This document shows positions 24,254-38,510 of a DNA stretch of 64,000 nucleotides, in pieces (the stretch's first letter is position 1; every line of letters begins with the position of its first letter). The notes below the pieces were generated by a model. That model ran no database searches. It was not told where the DNA came from and saw only the letters and a list, made by a program, of their open reading frames with translations. The DNA is from Octopus bimaculoides (lineage: Eukaryota), in assembly GCF_001194135.2 (NCBI RefSeq), contig NC_068982.1, positions 13,259,958-13,323,957 of the forward strand. Reading direction: 5' to 3'. The position numbers and the translations under genes are program-made.

Positions 24254-26245
24254 NNNNNNNNNNNNNNNNNNNNNNNNNNNNNNNNNNNNNNNNNNNNNNN
24301 NNNNNNNNNNNNNNNNNNNNNNNNNNNNNNNNNNNNNNNNNNNNNNNNNNNNNNNNNNNNNNNNNNNNNNNNNNNNNNNNNNNNNNNNNNNNNNNNNNNN
24401 NNNNNNNNNNNNNNNNNNNNNNNNNNNNNNNNNNNNNNNNNNNNNNNNNNNNNNNNNNNNNNNNNNNNNNNNNNNNNNNNNNNNNNNNNNNNNNNNNNNN
24501 NNNNNNNNNNNNNNNNNNNNNNNNNNNNNNNNNNNNNNNNNNNNNNNNNNNNNNNNNNNNNNNNNNNNNNNNNNNNNNNNNNNNNNNNNNNNNNNNNNNN
24601 NNNNNNNNNNNNNNNNNNNNNNTATAAATTAAATGAGTGTCTTATTAGCAATTTGAACCTAATGGCAAATTTAACAGAGGTCACAAAAGGGACAGAGGCT
24701 ACTGTTCCAGCACCAGCTATTGCTAGAGACAAGTGTTGAAACAACTTAAAAATCACAAAAGCACCATCTTAAGGATTGACAAAGGGAGGTGAGTCCCTAG
24801 CATATATAATTGGATTGAACAGTTTAGGATTTTGATGTAGACTATGTTAATCCTCGTCAGCAACTCTAATGCCTTATACACACACACACTCATGTACTCA
24901 CACATACACGCACACACACATGAATGTATACACTCACACATGTAACAGGCGACTGCATAATAATTCCACTTATAAACTACTGGACAACATCAAAAGCTAT
25001 AGCACAAGTTACTTGTTTAAGTTGGTACACAGCAGAATTGAACTTGGAACCACGTGGTTCACACCACCACCCCAAACAATAAAAACAATAAAGATAAAAT
25101 GAAAATAAATAGATATTAGATTCTTAATAACCCTAACCCTAACTCTATTCTATCATCTTTTCTTTTTTTATTATTTTTACTTTTATTTTTCATTTTGTCA
25201 TGTTTTTTTGTTTTTTTTTGTTTCTGTATGTTTTTTCTTTCTGTCTTCTTATTTACAGAAACACAAATAATAACCTCAACTGTGCATCACCTTTAATTTC
25301 TATTTGTACTTGATGTACATGCAACAGAGGCAATAATAGGTTTCTAAACCTACATCCATTACAGTGAGGTAACAATGATAATAATGATGATGATGACGAT
25401 GACGATGATGATGATGAGGAGGATGATGATGATGATGAAGATGATGATGATGAAGACAAAAACTAGAACGGTACTCAATCATGACTTAGCAGTAATATTA
25501 GCCACCAAAGAACAACGAAAGTGTCTATTTCAAACATCGTAACACTAACAGATTTACCATGTTGAACAAGTGCCAAGTAGGTAACAGGAAATCAAAATAA
25601 AGGCAACAATAAAAATTACGAGAATTTTAATGAATATGGGCTAACGCTCATAACAAATAACAATGGGACATTTGAAAGCTGTTCACAAAATACACAGAAA
25701 AAAGCCTTTTCCGATTTTAAATTAAATATTATTATTAATAATAATTGAATTGCTTTTGTTGTTTACCCTCTCCAGACTCCATTCTTTGTATGAGATAACC
25801 ATCTTCCTTCTTCTATGCTAAACCTTTTTATGCAAAATGATGAATACATTCTTACAAAAGCCAAGAGAAAAATAAATTGGCCAGAATTCAAACACAAGTT
25901 GTTGAATAGTGTGCAAGAATTATAATAATTGAATTATATATTTACTCGTATATATAAATATAAGTAGAGTGTGTGTGTGTGTGTGTGTATCCTGACCAAA
26001 ATATACATAATTGTATTATGTATATTTTGGGGTGGTTGTATGAGCTGCATGTAAGGGGTAAATATATATATAGGCTGATAAGTATTTATGCATATGTTTC
26101 CTTGAAAATACACACACACATACACACACACACATAAATATATATATATGTACATGCACATATATATATGTATATATATATATGTATATATATGTTATAT
26201 ATATATTATACATATATATGTGTGTGTTTATATATATGCTATACA

Positions 26246-26284
<39 letters not shown>

Positions 26285-26288
<4 letters not shown>

Positions 26289-26870
26289 TGCAGGAGTGGC
26301 TGTGTGGTACGTAGCTTGCTTACCAGCTACATGGTTTCTGGTTCAGTCCCACTGCACTGAAATCACTGTCGTGGCCATTGCCAATCTCATATAACTGGCA
26401 CCAATGCTGGTGGCACGTAAAAAAGTACCTATTACACTCTTGGAGCGGTTGGCATTAGGAAGGGCATCTGGCCTTAGCAACCATGCCAAATCAGAGTGGA
26501 ACCTGTTGTGGCCCTACAGCTTACTGCTTTCAGTCAAACTGTCTAACCCATAGCAGCATGGGAAGCAGACACTAAATGATGATGATGATGATGAGATATG
26601 TATATATACGTGTGTGTGTATCTATGTATGTTTCTATGTATGTATCTGTGTGTGTGTGTGTGTTTATATTTGTGTTAGTCCTCCTCCACCATTTGACAAC
26701 CAGTGCTGGTGTGTTTACGTCCACATAACTGAGTGGTTTGGCAAAAAGAGACTGATTGAGTACCAGACCTCAAAAGAAAAATATAAGTCCTGGGGTCAAT
26801 TTGTTCGACTTCAAGGCAGTGCTCCAGCATGGCCACGGTCAAATAACTGAAACAAATAAAAGAACAGACA
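26285..26870 (+). mobile_element. SINE A head and 3' half with an intervening family B copy
   Basis: AGGTGCAGGAGTGGCTGTGTGG head, B body with (GAT)n tail to about 26595, A tail GAAACAAATAAAAG. Confidence 0.7.
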
Positions 26871-27371
26871 AAAGATAATACACTTAATATATTTATTTCA
26901 TACATTTAGTTTTTAAACCATAAAACCTTTCTTTTCTTTGATATTTAATAACCATAAAGCAAAAAACAAAGAAAAACATTATTTAATCTTCTCGACCACA
27001 AAATAATTTTAATATGGTTTCATATTTTATATGTGAACTTGATGAACCAATAATTAAAGGGCAGATACGATGAAACACTATTTTATTGATTTCTGTTTAT
27101 TGAATGACTAAGCCTTACCTGTTAAGGGATGCAACATGACACACCGTATACTCTGACACACAGACAGCAGACATTCCACTTTGTTTGACCCGCTAAAAAT
27201 AGCAGCCAAATCTCCTTCAATTTATATACCACCATCGTTTGTCAAAGAGAATTTGCATTGCATAATGTAGTTATGAATTCCCAAAATGATGGGATTATAA
27301 CAGGTAGAACACCTTTGATTGTAGTCCTGTCATGGGCTGAAGCAATCACAGACCAAAGATGCACATTCTTT

Positions 27372-27600
27372 CTTATTTCTTTATTGCTCACAAGGGGCTA
27401 AACATAGAGGAGACAAACAAGGACAGACAAAGGGATAAAGTCGATTACATCGACTCCAGTGCGTAACTGGTACCTAATTTATCGATCCTGAAAGGATGAA
27501 AGGCAAAGTCGACCTTGGCAGAATTTGAACTCAGAACGTAACGGCAGATGAAATACCAATGAGCATTTCACCCGGCGTGCTAACGTTTCTGCCAGCTCGC
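27372..27600 (-). mobile_element. CORE-SINE (family C), full length
   Basis: Minus strand GCGAGCTGGCAGAAACGTTAGC...GAGTTCAAATTC...GCCTTTCATCCTTTC. Confidence 0.8.
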
Positions 27601-27954
27601 TGCCAAAGATGCATTCGTTCTTTTAATGGTTTCTGTCGCTGGACTATGGCCATGCTGAAGCATNNNNNNNNNNNNNNNNNNNNNNNNNNNNNNNNNNNNN
27701 NNNNNNNNNNNNNNNNNNNNNNNNNNNNNNNNNNNNNNNNNNNNNNNNNNNNNNNNNNNNNNNNNNNNNNNNNNNNNNNNNNNNNNNNNNNNNNNNNNNN
27801 NNNNNNNNNNNNNNNNNNNNNNNNNNNNNNNNNNNNNNNNNNNNNNNNNNNNNNNNNNNNNNNNNNNNNNNNNNNNNNNNNNNNNNNNGCATCACCTTTA
27901 TTTTTTTTCTGTTTTTTTTTTAGCTTAAATTTTGTTGCCATTTTATGAGTAAAA

Positions 27955-28200
27955 GTTGGTCGATTATCAGGTTTGTAGTCGCTGATCTCCCCTAAGTGTA
28001 TCCTTGAATGGTTGGTTCATTGGTCCGATATTGTCATTAAAAGTTCATCCAATGCCTTTTTGAAAGTTTCAGTAGGGGTCCCTTTTATATTTCTAATCTC
28101 TTTTGGTAAGTAGTTGAATACTTGAGGATCTCTGAATATTAGACTGGTACAGTAGAGTGTTTTTGCTTGTGAGTTTGAAGATGGCATATCTGAAAGCTGA
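27955..28200 (-). mobile_element. CR1-group LINE 3' end
   Basis: SLIFRDPQVFNYLPKEIRNIKGTPTETFKKALDELLMTISDQ. Confidence 0.7.
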
Positions 28201-28219
28201 GAGTACCTACCAGTTCAAG

Positions 28220-28920
<701 letters not shown>

Positions 28921-29189
28921 GAGAAGGAGAATAGTACTGAGGGAAGGGGGCTACCCCAATCAAAGGACAAGGAGAGAGAATGGTAGTGGGGATATAACAG
29001 GGTATATCTTCTCTACAGAGGCATTTACCTCCCTACAGGGACATCTAAGACCCTGTACCTTGAGGGTAGAGGGATTTAAATGTAAGTGGAGTGAAATGGA
29101 GAATTGGACAAGATGAGTGAGGTGGGAGTTGATGAGAATGAGAAAGGAGATTTGGATATAGAGAGGAGGAGAAAGCAAGGGTGCCACTT

Positions 29190-29399
29190 AAAAACCACCT
29201 CAGATGGTGCCACATAAAAAACCCTGGTGATGGTGTCAAGTAAAAAGCACCCAGTACAGTTTGTAAAGCAGTTGGCATCAGGAAGGCCATTCAGCCACAG
29301 AAACCATGCTAAAACAGACAGTGGAACCTGATGTGGCTCCTGACCTTGCCGGCTCCTGTCAAACCATCCAACCTATACCAGCATGAAAAGCAGACATTA

Positions 29400-29474
<75 letters not shown>

Positions 29475-29600
29475 GTGGTGGTNNNNNNNNNNNNNNNNNN
29501 NNNNNNNNNNNTGGTGGTGGTGGTGGTGGTGGTGGTGGTAGTGGCATTGGTGGTGATATAGGTGGTGGTGGTGGTGGTGGTTATGGTGACGATGATGATG
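29190..29600 (+). mobile_element. Family B copy with expanded (GAT)n tail and (GGT)n tract
   Basis: CCATCCAACCTATACCAGCATGAAAAGCAGACATTAA followed by more than 20 GAT units. Confidence 0.75.
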
Positions 29601-29827
29601 ATGTTTGTCATGATTTATAAGTCAAGAATTCATGCTTCTTCTTAAGTACATCTATATACACACGATCATGGCATTTAAATCTTCTAACCTCTGTGTGCTT
29701 GAAATTACTTGCCAAGTTAGCGCTGGCTCTGAAGTATAAATCATCAGACATGCTTGCTCAGTGGTTTTGTATTTTAACTGTTACCTTAACTATTACACTA
29801 ACCTAGCATTATTTATATACATTCTAT

Positions 29828-30013
29828 TACCATATTCTAACATGTATAAGGAACCCACATGTATAAGGAACTCCCTAATTTGGAGATTTGAGGTTCCAGG
29901 GATTAAGTAATTTATTAATATCTATAATACTAACCATGCATAAGAAACTCCCATATTTTTTTAACCTAATTTATTGACACAAAAGGGTTCCTTATACACG
30001 TTAAAATATGGTA
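29828..30013. mobile_element. Tc1/mariner-type MITE
   Basis: 29-bp TIRs TACCATATTCTAACATGTATAAGGAACCC / GGGTTCCTTATACACGTTAAAATATGGTA (2 mismatches), with TA ends. Confidence 0.75.
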
Positions 30014-30830
30014 CTTATGACTAGCATAGAGGACAGGTGGGATCCCCCTAATACACCGTATTTTTATTTGATTTTGACCACAACAGATAGCTGTCAAAAC
30101 TCACGTGGCTTTGATTTATACAATGTCTTCCTGAAGTAAAATATACAATGCATAGGCTTCCGTTTGACAGATGAGTTGAAGTCATTACTAGACTGGAGTC
30201 TTTAGTGTTTATGCATTGTACACAGAAATCGAGAGGAAATGAAGGTTTGCTTCTGTGAAATTAATTATGAGAATTGGTAAAAATGATTCTGAGCAAGAAT
30301 AATACTCATCTAGATCAATGTGAAGAGACAGGAAGTAAAAGTAATTTCTCGACTCAAAATCAATGATGGGATAATGCTTCAGTGATTGTTGGTAAATCAG
30401 AGTGCTTAGTTACCAGGTGAGATTAGCTGAGGATTAAAACATGTTTGGCTGCATAGAAATTTAGTTATTAATGATATGTTTTTGCATCATAGAGGCATGT
30501 GATAAGTAGAGATTTAGAGTCATTGGCTAGTAAACAACGCTGTTAAATATGTGTTTGAAGGAATGGTTGAATGGACAATATGGTAAATATCAAACGACTG
30601 CATGGAGTAAAAAAGAAAAAAAAATAGCATGGAGTATAGAGATCCAGTAAACACACAGAGACACACACACGTATACAAACTTATATATATTACAGAGATG
30701 TACTTGCATAGCAAGTGACCTGATCTGAGATCGTGTGCTGGAACGAAGACAATTGCAGCGTGGAAGGTGTTTATAAGCCATTTAAAAACGCACAAAAACC
30801 GTTAGGTTCACTTCAACATTTAAATTTAAT

Positions 30831-30879
30831 TTACCAAAATATTTTTGCCGCTTTGAGACCGCGACCTGTTCACTGACAA
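30831..30879 (-). ncRNA. Hammerhead-like motif with G3:C8 swapped core, in a short repeat (about 30697-30887)
   Basis: UUGUCA-GUGAACA-G-GUCGC-(9 nt)-GCGGC-AAA-AAUAUU-U-UGGUAA. G12 reads A in this copy. Confidence 0.4.
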
Positions 30880-30892
30880 AATTCTGTGTACT

Positions 30893-31038
<146 letters not shown>

Positions 31039-32638
31039 TATACATATATATATATATACATATACACATATATATACATATATACACATATATACATATA
31101 TACATATATATATGCATTCATATATATATATACATACATATATATATACATATATATGTATATATAGACACACACACACACACATATATATATACATATA
31201 CATACACTAACATATATAAGTGTGTGTAAATATTGAAGCAAAAATACAGTTATAAACGTACCTAGCTAAAAAAAAAAAATGCAAAAATGGCAGCAAGTTT
31301 GAAAAATGTTCCAAGAACATAAAAGCTGTGTGTTTTAAGTAATAAGACAGTTCATTAGATCAGAAACATCATGGCATTAGTTCTCAGTAAAAGCTAGATG
31401 GAAAGTGTGTAAAAGAACTAATATAAGTGGGAATAAAAAAACAGAAGTTTCACTTGTGTTGATGTAAACATAAATACTTTTGATGAACTAGCTTTATACA
31501 CAGCTGAAACGTAATAAAATGATACTAAAAAGATAATAAGGCAACTTCAAAGTTTTTGTTTCATACAATAAGCTTAATAGAGCAAAGGTGGTTCCAAATA
31601 ATACTGTTTTTTAAATTAATCGACCACTTTAGTTAAGGAAGTGCTGTACACAATGACTAACATATCGGTTTTATTGCTAATTACTAAGAAGGAAATATGT
31701 AACATATATTACTACAAATGAAGTATTATAACTACTAACATAGCATATATATATTGACTAATATAACAAATATAAACATGAATGTTAAAGATATAACCAC
31801 ATAATCACAAAAGCAATGAATATAGCCACAAAAGTGAAAATAGTCTCATGAAATATGACAAATCACAAAAGGAACACATATAACTAAACGGCCAACAACT
31901 ATGCATAACCTTATCTGTGACATATTTAACCAAATTATAATGAACATTAATTGAGAAGTCAGCTGAAAAGAAGTTCGCCAAGTGCAATCTATCAAAGTAG
32001 TAATTTCCCTCATAACATTATGTTGTACAATTATTTCTGACATTTCTGTTTCTATCTAAATGAATTCTTTGAAACGTTTATTTGGTACACTCTAGCAATC
32101 TGACTTTTCATATTTATTTTTGCCAAATATCTCTGTAGCAGAAAACTGAAAGTGACACACCTATGACTTTAGATTTTCTTCTGTTTTTTTTTTCTTTTTA
32201 TTTCTGATTACTCTAAAAGTTTAAAGGTTAAGAATATGAAATAAAAGTAACTTAAAAATACTTTTACATTGTAGATTCGTAAATCTTATCAATCAGGAAG
32301 TTCAAAATCAATTAGATGTGATTAGTGGTTTAATAAATTAAATGAAAGAGAGAGAGAGTATATTAAGATTAACAAAATTATCCTAGATATCAACAGTTTC
32401 ATTGACATCATATAATTAATCTATCAGTTATTTTTCCACTCGTATTATCTAATCAATTTTTAAGAGGCTAAAGCACATATTGAATGACAGTTCTTGGTAA
32501 CAATTGAAGATGATAAATAATAAATATAATAAAATAAACAAATTTGATAAAACAAAGAAGAAATTGTCAAAGGTGAAATTAGAAGTGTGACAATATATAC
32601 AAAGAATCAATTGGAAACTTGAGGAATTCTTTAAAATT

Positions 32639-32828
32639 CAGTTCTATATTTAAGAGATGAGGAATTCTGTACATTATTTACATTGTTTACACTATTTACA
32701 TTCACTGGATATTTGTCCTCATATTGTTTGTTGTTAACACAACGTTTCGGCTGATATACCCTCCAGCCTTCTTCAGGTGTCTTGGGGAAATTTTAAACCT
32801 GAGTTCTCATTCCTAAGGTATTTTTTGA

Positions 32829-32865
<37 letters not shown>

Positions 32866-32893
32866 NNNNNNNNNNTCCTAAGGTATTTTTTGA

Positions 32894-32971
<78 letters not shown>

Positions 32972-33063
32972 CATTAGTGTTCAGGTCACTGCTTGGAATC
33001 GAACTTGGAATCTTGGGGTTAGTAGCCTGCGCTCTCAACTACTATGCCATATGCCATATGCCA
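32639..33063 (-). mobile_element. tRNA-headed, hammerhead-bearing SINE (family H), copy 2
   Basis: A box TGGCATAGTAG, B box AAGTTCGATTCC, (AAT)n spacer, HHR and AT-rich tail. Colinear with 38309-38693. Confidence 0.85.
32736..32781 (-). ncRNA. Minimal type I hammerhead ribozyme
   Basis: GACAC-CUGAAGA-A-GGCUG-GAGGGUAUAU-CAGCC-GAAA-CG-UU-GUGUU. Confidence 0.7.
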
Positions 33064-33430
33064 TGCTCGAATGGTGCTTTTTACATACCAATGGCATGGG
33101 AGCCAGTCAGGGGACACTGGCATCGACCATGCTTAAATGGTGCTTTTTACATACCACTGGCACAGGAGCCATTCAGATGGCACTGGCATCGACCATGTTC
33201 AAATGGTACTTTTTACATGCCACTGGCACGGGGGCCAGTCAGGTGGCACTGGCATCGACCAAACTCGAATGATGCTTTTTATACTCCATTGGCATGGGAG
33301 CCAGTCAGGTGGCACTGGCATTGACCATGCTCAAATGGTGCTTTTATGTGCCACTGGCTCGAATGATGCTTTTTTACGTGCCACTTGCATGGGTGCTAGT
33401 CAGATGGCACCGGCATCTGCCATGACTACG
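33061..33430. repeat. 66-bp tandem array (family B internal unit)
   Basis: Unit starts at 33061, 33127, 33193, 33259 and 33325. Confidence 0.85.
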
Positions 33431-35272
33431 ACTTCACTTGACTCAACAGGTCTTCTCAAGCACAGCATATTGCCTGATGATTGAAGGGTACTTTTAAATG
33501 AACTGGTTATGTGACACTGGCATCGGCCACAGCAACGATCTCACTTGGCTTAGTGGGTCTTCTCACTAACTGAAAAAAGATAGTATATAAAGCATTAACA
33601 TGAACCATAAATATTACCAATTTTCTCCAAAATTTACATTTGGGCCACGTTGGCAACATATTTTTTCTGCAACATTAAACCCATGTTTCATTTATCTTGA
33701 CTGAACTAAAGCTTTCATTATCCAGGTTATTGCATTAACTTGATTTTAAATCAATTCTAGCTATACTATAATTCTTTGGATGGTAAATATTTATGGCAAT
33801 GGAAATTCAGTATAGTCATAAATGAGAGGAAAGTGTCTTGTGGTGTGTTCAAATATAAATACTCACTCAAATAATTAAGGGAATATTTCATTTTCAGGCA
33901 TATCCTGAGATTACACGGAACAATTATATAATGAAAATGGAATAGAGAAAGTGAAACTAAATTGCAATTGAAATCCCAAGAGTTCATGTGCTCAAAATTT
34001 CTAAAATTCTACTTCAGGGACAACTATGTTTAGAAATAACTTGGAAGAGATACTGTCTTTTAAAGTTAGAGAACATTTATAGTAAAGCATAATTAAAACT
34101 TCTTAATTTTTGCCCATAAAACTCCCTTATTCCTTGAAGAGACATTTCTGCTTTCCTACATGATTATTTCCAATCTAAATGGGAAGTTTTGACAATAAAG
34201 GGTGTAGAAATTTTAAAGTATGTCAATTATACGTAGATAACAGAAAGAAGGGAACGATATATACAAGTATGATTAAGTTTGTAATATAGACAGATTTTAT
34301 TTAAACATGTATATAAAAATTCATTCATACANNNNNNNNNNTATATATATATTACACATACACTCACACACACACGCTTATATATCAGCATCATTATACT
34401 TTAACGTCCATTCTCCATATGTGTGTGTGAGCGTGTGTGTGCATGTGTGTCTGTATGTATGCATGTATATATCTACATATATATACATATACACATATAC
34501 ATACATATATGTGCACGTGTGTACGTGTATGTATGTATATGTATTATTTTATCAAGTATATATATGTATGTTATATATTTATACATATCAAATTTACACA
34601 TGTATACATACATGTATTTATACATATTTTTGTGTGTATGAATGTATGCATATATGTATGTATGTACGTGCCTGATGTGTACCTACTTGTTCATGTGTGA
34701 ATTTAACATCCTTCTTTCACATGAATTCAATAAAAATTAATAAAGTCCCTCCCAACTAAATATAATTAATTCTTTTGTTAAAATATTCCAACAACAAATA
34801 AATTTATTCATGTATCTAAAATATTTTAAATGTTTTAATTATCCATTCTTCCTGGGGTGTTGTGATTCTTTATCCTTTTAACTAATGATAATTTATCCCA
34901 GCAAATTAATATTTAGCGAGTAGAAGACTTTTATGGAACGTGTAAGGCAGTACGGTTAAGAACATTGTTTTCTAACAATGTGGTTCTGGCTTCGATACCA
35001 TAGCATGGGACCTTTGACAAGTGTTTTCTGTTTTAGCATTGGGTTAGCTTGTGAGTGGAATTTAGGTGGAAGCAATACATACATACATATATACAATCAT
35101 ACATGCATACAAATATAATTGTACTTGAGGAATTCCATTAGAAATGGAAAGTATCACAGTTAATGTAAGGTACTCAACACATTGAGTAGAGGGCATGTTC
35201 ATTTATTTTAGGGTAAGTAACTTGCAACTGTACTAATCCTGTAAACATCTCTTATGAAATGAGTGTGTGCAG

Positions 35273-35355
<83 letters not shown>

Positions 35356-35849
35356 TGTACATTTATATGATGATGTGTACATTTATTCTTTTACATGCTT
35401 TTGCATGTTGGAACATGGAAAGCATTCACTGTGAGATTGCCATGGAAAACCAGTCTCCCTCAATTGACTTCATGTGTAAAATGTATCATACTCCAGGAAG
35501 TATAACGCTACTACTAGGCACAGTGTTTTGGTGTGATTTCCTCTCCTCAGTGATAGATAACATTTCAGTCATTGGGGGTTAGACAAACACCTCTTCTGTT
35601 GCAATATAGAAAACAGTAAACATTATCAAGTGTACAGACTACACAAATAGCATAGCTTTAATAGCTAATACACTAGAAAAAATTTCTATCCTATTTCATA
35701 TTAATTAGCTTTTTATGCTTCAATGAAATTTTAACTGAATTCATTCCTTAGATCATACAAGGAAAATTGAAGACACTGAATAGCAAAAAATAAAAAATAA
35801 AAGATAACTTCAGTTATTTAGGTTTTCTTGGATGTGAAGCAATATGTAA

Positions 35850-36000
35850 TCGAGACATGGCTTGGAGAGTATTGGGTAAATATACATACTGTGAAAAAGT
35901 GATCTCCCAAAATACACAAAATGTTAAATTCATTGAGGCAGCCATAGAAATCATACTTCTCTGTGGGTTACAATGTTGAACTCTTATTAAAACACAGCAA
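35850..36000 (+). mobile_element. Old RTE-like LINE fragment (post-RT region)
   Basis: AWRVLGK...FIEAAIEIILLCGLQC*TL resembles AW......IW.....F.A.VESILLYG.E.WTL. Confidence 0.4.
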
Positions 36001-36077
36001 ACTTTTAACATATATAGAAGCTGTCAAAGACATAAGCTTTGAGATGACTAGCAGACTTAAAAAAAAATTAAACAAAA

Positions 36078-36395
36078 TTGTTTTTATGTGAAAAACAACT
36101 CACATCATATCCTTCAGAATTCTCATATGATGAGAACTACTTGTGCAAATTATATTGTTTTTTACTCATTTTTGAGAAGCATGAATGCTTAATGGCTCTT
36201 GAAAGAGGCAAAACATTTATTTTTACTTTGAAAGGTAAAATGGAAGTGTTCATGAAAACTATAAACTTGTGGAAGCGCACAATGCAAATTGAAAACTTCT
36301 AATAATAATTTCATTTTTAATTTGATTAAGCAGATTATAATTGAGCATTTTGGTTGCATAGGCAAACAGTTCTGTATATATTTTCTACCATACAT
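36078..36395 (+). mobile_element. hAT (Charlie/Buster, ZBED5/FAM200-like) transposase fragment
   Basis: FSYDENYLCKLY...IFEK...KMEVFMKTINLWK...ENF followed by IKQIIIEHF...KQFCIYF. Confidence 0.6.
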
Positions 36396-36679
36396 TGAGA
36401 AGAATAAATTAGGTTCTATCTAAATCCCGAAAGCAATGATGTAGGCGAAACATTTACCTCTGAGGGTTTAAGAAGTATTTGCAGAGCTGTCAGGTAATTA
36501 AAGCCCCAGACTTGAATTTTTAAAAATAATCATGAACAGTTTTTGGTATTTCTTATTATTTGAAATTAGCAATAACAAATTTCCTACCATTTACTTCTGC
36601 ATAATCAGGTGAATCTGAATTTTCAAGTTTAATAATAATAACAACAAAACACTGTTCAACTATTAGATACAGGTGTGGT

Positions 36680-37706
36680 TATAGGCACAGGCATGGCTGT
36701 ATGGTAAGAAGCTTGCTAACCAACCACACGGTTCTGGGTTCAGTCCCACTGAGTGGTACCTTGGGCAAGTGTCATCTACCATAGCCTTGGGGCAACCAAA
36801 GCCATGTAAGCGGATTTGGTAGACGGAAACTGAAAGAAGCCCGTAAGAAGCCTGTTGTATATATATATATATATATGTATATGTTTATGCATGTATATAT
36901 ATATATATATATATATATNNNNNNNNNNNNNNNNNNNNNNNNNNNNNNNNNNNNNNNNNNNNNNNNNNNNNNNNNNNNNNNNNNNNNNNNNNNNNNNNNN
37001 NNNNNNNNNNNNNNNNNNNNNNNNNNNNNNNNNNNNNNNNNNNNNNNNNNNNNNNNNNNNNNNNNNNNNNNNNNNNNNNNNNNNNNNNNNNNNNNNNNNN
37101 NNNNNNNNNNNNNNNNNNNNNNNNNNNNNNNNNNNNNNNNNNNNNNNNNNNNNNNNNNNNNNNNNNNNNNNNNNNNNNNNNNNNNNNNNNNNNNNNNNNN
37201 NNNNNNNNNNNNNNNNNNNNNNNNNNNNNNNNNNNNNNNNNNNNNNNNNNNNNNNNNNNNNNNNNNNNNNNNNNNNNNNNNNNNNNNNNNNNNNNNNNNN
37301 NNNNNNNNNNNNNNNNNNNNNNNNNNNNNNNNNNNNNNNNNNNNNNNNNNNNNNNNNNNNNNNNNNNNNNNNNNNNNNNNNNNNNNNNNNNNNNNNNNNN
37401 NNNNNNNNNNNNNNNNNNNNNNNNNNNNNNNNNNNNNNNNNNNNNNNNNNNNNNNNNNNNNNNNNNNNNNNNNNNNNNNNNNNNNNNNNNNNNNNNNNNN
37501 NNNNNNNNNNNNNNNNNNNNNNNNNNNNNNNNNNNNNNNNNNNNNNNNNNNNNNNNNNNNNNNNNNNNNNNNNNNNNNNNNNNNNNNNNNNNNNNNNNNN
37601 NNNNNNNNNNNNNNNNNNNNNNNNNNNNNNNNNNNNNNNNNNNNNNNNNNNNNNNNNNNNNNNNNNNNNNNNNNNNNNNNNNNNNNNNNNNNNNNNNNNN
37701 NNNNNA

Positions 37707-37737
<31 letters not shown>

Positions 37738-37950
37738 GTTTATGTGTGTGTCTTTGTGTCTGTGTTTGTCCTCCTCCCATCACTTGACAATAGATGTTGA
37801 TGTGTTTACATCCCCATAACTTAGTTGTTTGGCAGAAGAGACCGATAGAGTAAGTACCCAGGTTACAAAGAATAAGTCAAAGGGTCAATTTCTTTGACTA
37901 AAAGGCGGTGCTCCAACATGGCCTCAGACAAATGACTGTAACAAGTAAAA
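36680..37950 (+). mobile_element. SINE family A split by a gap in its internal (TA)n
   Basis: Head at 36680-36860, 3' half at 37740-37950. Confidence 0.75.
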
Positions 37951-38039
37951 AATAAGAGAATATTAGACTGCAGAAATTCCCATAAGAACATCATTGGCAA
38001 ATGTCAAGCCCTTGTTTGATGACTTATGTGTAAAGAAAA

Positions 38040-38205
38040 CATTACACACTTGGAGTGGTTGGCGTTAGTAAAGGCATCCAGCTGTAAGAATCTTGCCAGA
38101 TCAGGTTGGAGCCTGGTGCTGCCTCCTGGCTTGCCAGTCCTCCGTCAAACCACCCAACCCATGCCAGCATGGAGAGCAGACGTTAAATGAGGATGATGAA
38201 GATGA
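38040..38205 (+). mobile_element. Family B copy
   Basis: GGTTGGCGTTAGTAAAGGCATCCAGC...GGACG-like end with (GAT)n. Confidence 0.75.
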
Positions 38206-38308
38206 TGATAGACTCATCCCACTGAAGATATTCATATTTACATTATTTACATTATTTACATTTGATGGATATTTGTCCTCATCTTGTTTGTCCTCATCTT
38301 GTATGCCC

Positions 38309-38381
38309 ATGGGCATATGGCATAGTGGTTAAGAGCGTGGGCTGCTAACCCCAAGATTCCGAGTCCGATTGTAGGCAGTGA

Positions 38382-38459
<78 letters not shown>

Positions 38460-38460
38460 G

Positions 38461-38510
<50 letters not shown>

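Noticed and set aside
25128-25147. Telomere-like (TAACCC)n
   Set aside because: Only about 2.5 units, which is not significant.
25150-25470. Strong plus-strand polypyrimidine tract and acceptor followed by an acidic (GAT)n run
   Set aside because: All frames stop within 18 codons, and the acidic run is a microsatellite.
38316-38385. tRNA gene calls for SINE heads (also 839, 14805, 33000, 53290)
   Set aside because: A/B boxes are present but there is no complete cloverleaf or acceptor stem, and each continues into a SINE body.
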